Shown here piece by piece: positions 60,668-61,407 of a stretch of 61,407 nt of DNA. This stretch comes from an uncultured Candidatus Actinomarina sp. (lineage in GTDB: Bacteria; Actinomycetota; Acidimicrobiia; Actinomarinales; Actinomarinaceae): assembly GCA_902609285.1 (NCBI GenBank), contig CACLRL010000006.1, positions 1-61,407 on the forward strand, read 5' to 3'. Position numbers and translations under genes: made by a program. Each line of letters begins with the position of its first letter. Position 1 is the stretch's first letter. Below the pieces are notes generated by a model that saw only the letters and a program-made list of their open reading frames with translations, was not told the DNA's origin and searched no databases.

Positions 60668-61123
60668 ATGAAAGTTGTTTTACAAAGAGTTAAATCTGCT
60701 TCTGTAAATGTTAATAAAAATGTCATATCTAAAATCGATCATGGATTATTGCTTTTATGGGCTATTGAAAAAGGAGATACCTTTGAAGATATTGAAACAT
60801 TAACAAAGAAAATTCTAAAACTTAGAATTTTTGCAGATGAAGAGGGAAAAATGAACAAGTCAATTATCGATGTTTCTGGTGAAATATTACTAGTGAGTCA
60901 ATTTACATTAAATGGAGATATTTCTAAAGGTAATAGGCCTTCTTTTGTAAATTCTGAAGATCCTGAAATAGCAAAACGGATGATTGAAGATGTAAAAATT
61001 GAATTTTCCAATTATTTAAACGTTAAAGAAGGTTCTTTCGGTGCATTAATGGAAGTTTCTCTTGTAAATGACGGTCCTTTAACGATGTATATTCAATCTA
61101 AAAATGGAAATATGGTTAATTAA
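60668..61123 (+). CDS. dtd: D-aminoacyl-tRNA deacylase
   Basis: VVLQRV, LRIFADEEGKMN, VSQFTL, GNRPSF, NDGP. Confidence 0.96.
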   Translation: MKVVLQRVKSASVNVNKNVISKIDHGLLLLWAIEKGDTFEDIETLTKKILKLRIFADEEGKMNKSIIDVSGEILLVSQFTLNGDISKGNRPSFVNSEDPEIAKRMIEDVKIEFSNYLNVKEGSFGALMEVSLVNDGPLTMYIQSKNGNMVN

Positions 61124-61407
61124 GCTGACTGTAATTTTATATTCTTTTTACCCTCAGCCTCGCTAAGTTTTTTATCTAGATAATATTCTTCACCAGCCCA
61201 AAGATGTAAACCTAATCCAACTTTCATAGCACATCTTTTGAACGCATCAGATTCTGCATGTTTAGCATTCATACCATCGCTTCCCTGATCATGCTCCACA
61301 TCTCCAATTGAAGTAATTGTTACAGATTTTCCATCGATGAGAGTTGTTAGTTTACCAAAACAACCTACAACTTTTCCACTATTCTCTTGTCTGATAAGCT
61401 CCACAAC
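61120..61407 (-). CDS. Rad52/Rad22-family single-strand annealing protein, C-terminal part (5'-truncated by window edge)
   Basis: Beta-strands followed by AKHAESDAFKRCAMKVGLGLHLW, resembling the Rad52/Sak K.A.TDA.KRAA..GIG..LY helix. Confidence 0.6.
   Translation of the reverse strand, partial: VVELIRQENSGKVVGCFGKLTTLIDGKSVTITSIGDVEHDQGSDGMNAKHAESDAFKRCAMKVGLGLHLWAGEEYYLDKKLSEAEGKKNIKLQSA

Overview
AT-rich, densely packed 61.4-kb chromosomal segment with many overlapping start/stop codons and very short intergenic spacers. The proteins look actinobacterial (deoC-ALDH pair, Asp-type MurA, cofC/fbiD, PPOX-class F420 protein, iscS-mnmA-ligA-gatCAB-ilvE-FAH-gltX-tRNA synteny), which best fits a streamlined marine actinobacterium such as Ca. 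Actinomarinales (inference). It holds about 58 CDSs, mostly housekeeping, three tRNAs (Glu-TTC, Gln-CTG, Glu-CTC), a maltodextrin uptake/catabolism locus whose GH13 gene carries an internal deletion, and a large acyl-CoA catabolism region. No CRISPR array, IS element, integrase or rRNA is visible. Best leads: (1) a candidate 4-hydroxy-acid catabolic cluster pairing a Nitrosopumilus-like [4Fe-4S] 4-hydroxybutyryl-CoA dehydratase with an LvaA/LvaC (ACAD10/11-type) kinase plus acyl-CoA dehydrogenase; (2) an unassigned ~68-nt structured RNA at 6463-6530 (minus strand) upstream of an EamA transporter; (3) leaderless and bidirectional promoter architecture; (4) a GluRS lacking its zinc-binding insertion; (5) a Rad52-like annealing protein at the right edge. 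All family assignments come from motif recognition and recall, not from database searches.
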